DNA of 45,918 nt from Bacteroidia bacterium (lineage in GTDB: Bacteria > Bacteroidota > Bacteroidia > NS11-12g > UBA9320). The position numbers were made by a program, and so were the translations under genes. Below the pieces are notes generated by a model. That model was given only the letters and a program-made list of their open reading frames with translations, searched no databases and was not told where the DNA came from. Positions 45,283 through 45,918 of the stretch are shown here, in pieces. How positions within the stretch are numbered: the first letter of the stretch is position 1; each line of letters begins with the position of its first letter. Location of the stretch: contig JABDQY010000007.1 of assembly GCA_013042025.1 (NCBI GenBank), forward strand, positions 1-45,918, read 5' to 3'.

Positions 45283-45918
45283 ATGAAAAAATCAATTATT
45301 AGAGGATTGTTTTCCTTTGCTACACTATTGATGTTAATTGTCAGTAGTTATCAAGCAAACGCACAAGCAGTCTGTAACCCTATCGTGATTGACAAATCAG
45401 GAAATGAAGTTACAACGGCTACTTTCTGTGAAGACGAGCAAATTCAATTTAAGGCAAATTCGCCTGGTTACACAAGTACTTCAGTACTTTGGGACTTTGG
45501 CTTTATGGGTCAAACAAGTGACAAGGCTGATGTTCAGAGAGCCTACTCTCAAGCAGGTGTTTATACTGTGACTTTTACAGGTGTAGGTCCTGCAGGTAAT
45601 TGTAACAAAACGCTTACAATAACCATTGAAGAAAGCCCAGATATTGATATTGAACTTATAGATCCTGATTTTCAGTGTTTTGAAGGCAACAATTTTTGTT
45701 TTGTAGATAAAAGTACAGCTACAACAGGAAGTACCATTGTTGGTCGTACTCGTATTTTTAGTGATGGTTTCAAAGACACTACAGGTACAGATACATTCTG
45801 TCACTCAACACAAGATCCGTCTGGTGGATTTTTTGATTTATTTATTCAATTGGAAGATGCAAATGGTTGTGTATCGGAAACAACAATCTCAGACTATTTC
45901 TATGTAACTCCTAAGCTG
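45283..45918 (+). CDS. secreted PKD-domain surface protein, 5' part (runs off the window)
   Basis: Frame 1 is open from the ATG at 45283 to the window end (212 codons, hand-translated) and is not in the supplied track. Signal peptide MKKSIIRGLFSFATLLMLIVSSYQANAQ. PKD-like VLWDFGFMGQTSD...AGVYTVTFTG. Confidence 0.65.
   Translation, partial: MKKSIIRGLFSFATLLMLIVSSYQANAQAVCNPIVIDKSGNEVTTATFCEDEQIQFKANSPGYTSTSVLWDFGFMGQTSDKADVQRAYSQAGVYTVTFTGVGPAGNCNKTLTITIEESPDIDIELIDPDFQCFEGNNFCFVDKSTATTGSTIVGRTRIFSDGFKDTTGTDTFCHSTQDPSGGFFDLFIQLEDANGCVSETTISDYFYVTPKL

Noticed and set aside
45389-45804. Listed ORFs 45389-45571 (+) and 45481-45804 (-).
   Set aside because: Frame 1 is open across the whole region from the ATG at 45283 and encodes a signal peptide plus a PKD-like domain. 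The listed ORFs are out-of-frame shadows of that partial gene.
1-45918. Scan for tRNA/rRNA genes, CRISPR repeats, IS elements, integrases and toxin-antitoxin pairs.
   Set aside because: I saw no T-loop/acceptor-like tRNA structure in intergenic DNA, no regularly spaced direct repeats, and no transposase, integrase or recombinase-like ORFs. All gaps over 100 bp were inspected: 1-248, 17006-17320, 19808-20009 and 36078-36189.

Overview
AT-rich (by eye about one-third G+C) chromosomal segment that looks like Bacteroidota, probably a Flavobacteriia/Cytophagia-like organism. The taxon call rests on T9SS type-A and type-B C-terminal sorting domains, PorV/PorQ-like and DUF5777/DUF4468 proteins, TAnnTTTG -7 promoter boxes, and the lack of Shine-Dalgarno sequences. 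The window is densely packed with about 45 protein-coding genes on both strands. I found no rRNA, tRNA, CRISPR array, transposase or integrase.

The housekeeping genes are clear:
- sucA, mfd, kynU, dps, pyrC and an mpl-like Mur ligase.
- YebC, an acyl-CoA carboxyltransferase, a GT2 glycosyltransferase and an SNF2 helicase.
- A MATE exporter, a NUDIX hydrolase, an AlkD-like DNA alkylation repair protein and a penicillin/AHL-acylase-family Ntn hydrolase.

Three modules deserve a second look:
1. 43407-45211: an ECF sigma factor translationally coupled to a single-pass membrane partner. That partner ends in a T9SS type-B (gliding-motility) sorting domain and is flanked by type-B/PKD surface-protein genes.
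2. 20010-26790: a six-gene Tro/Znu/Mnt-type metal-uptake operon. Its first permease is fused to a DtxR/MntR-type repressor domain, and a divergent TonB-receptor-like barrel and an HmuY-like lipoprotein follow.
3. 36190-38532: a tight four-gene envelope cluster of unknown function (CxxCH lipoprotein, OB-fold protein, YceI, DUF5777 barrel).

Two small ORFs fall below the cut-off of the supplied track (51-164 on the minus strand, 17147-17305 on the plus strand). I also report several intrinsic terminators and an orphan terminator-like hairpin. All functional calls come from motif recognition by eye; no database search was run.
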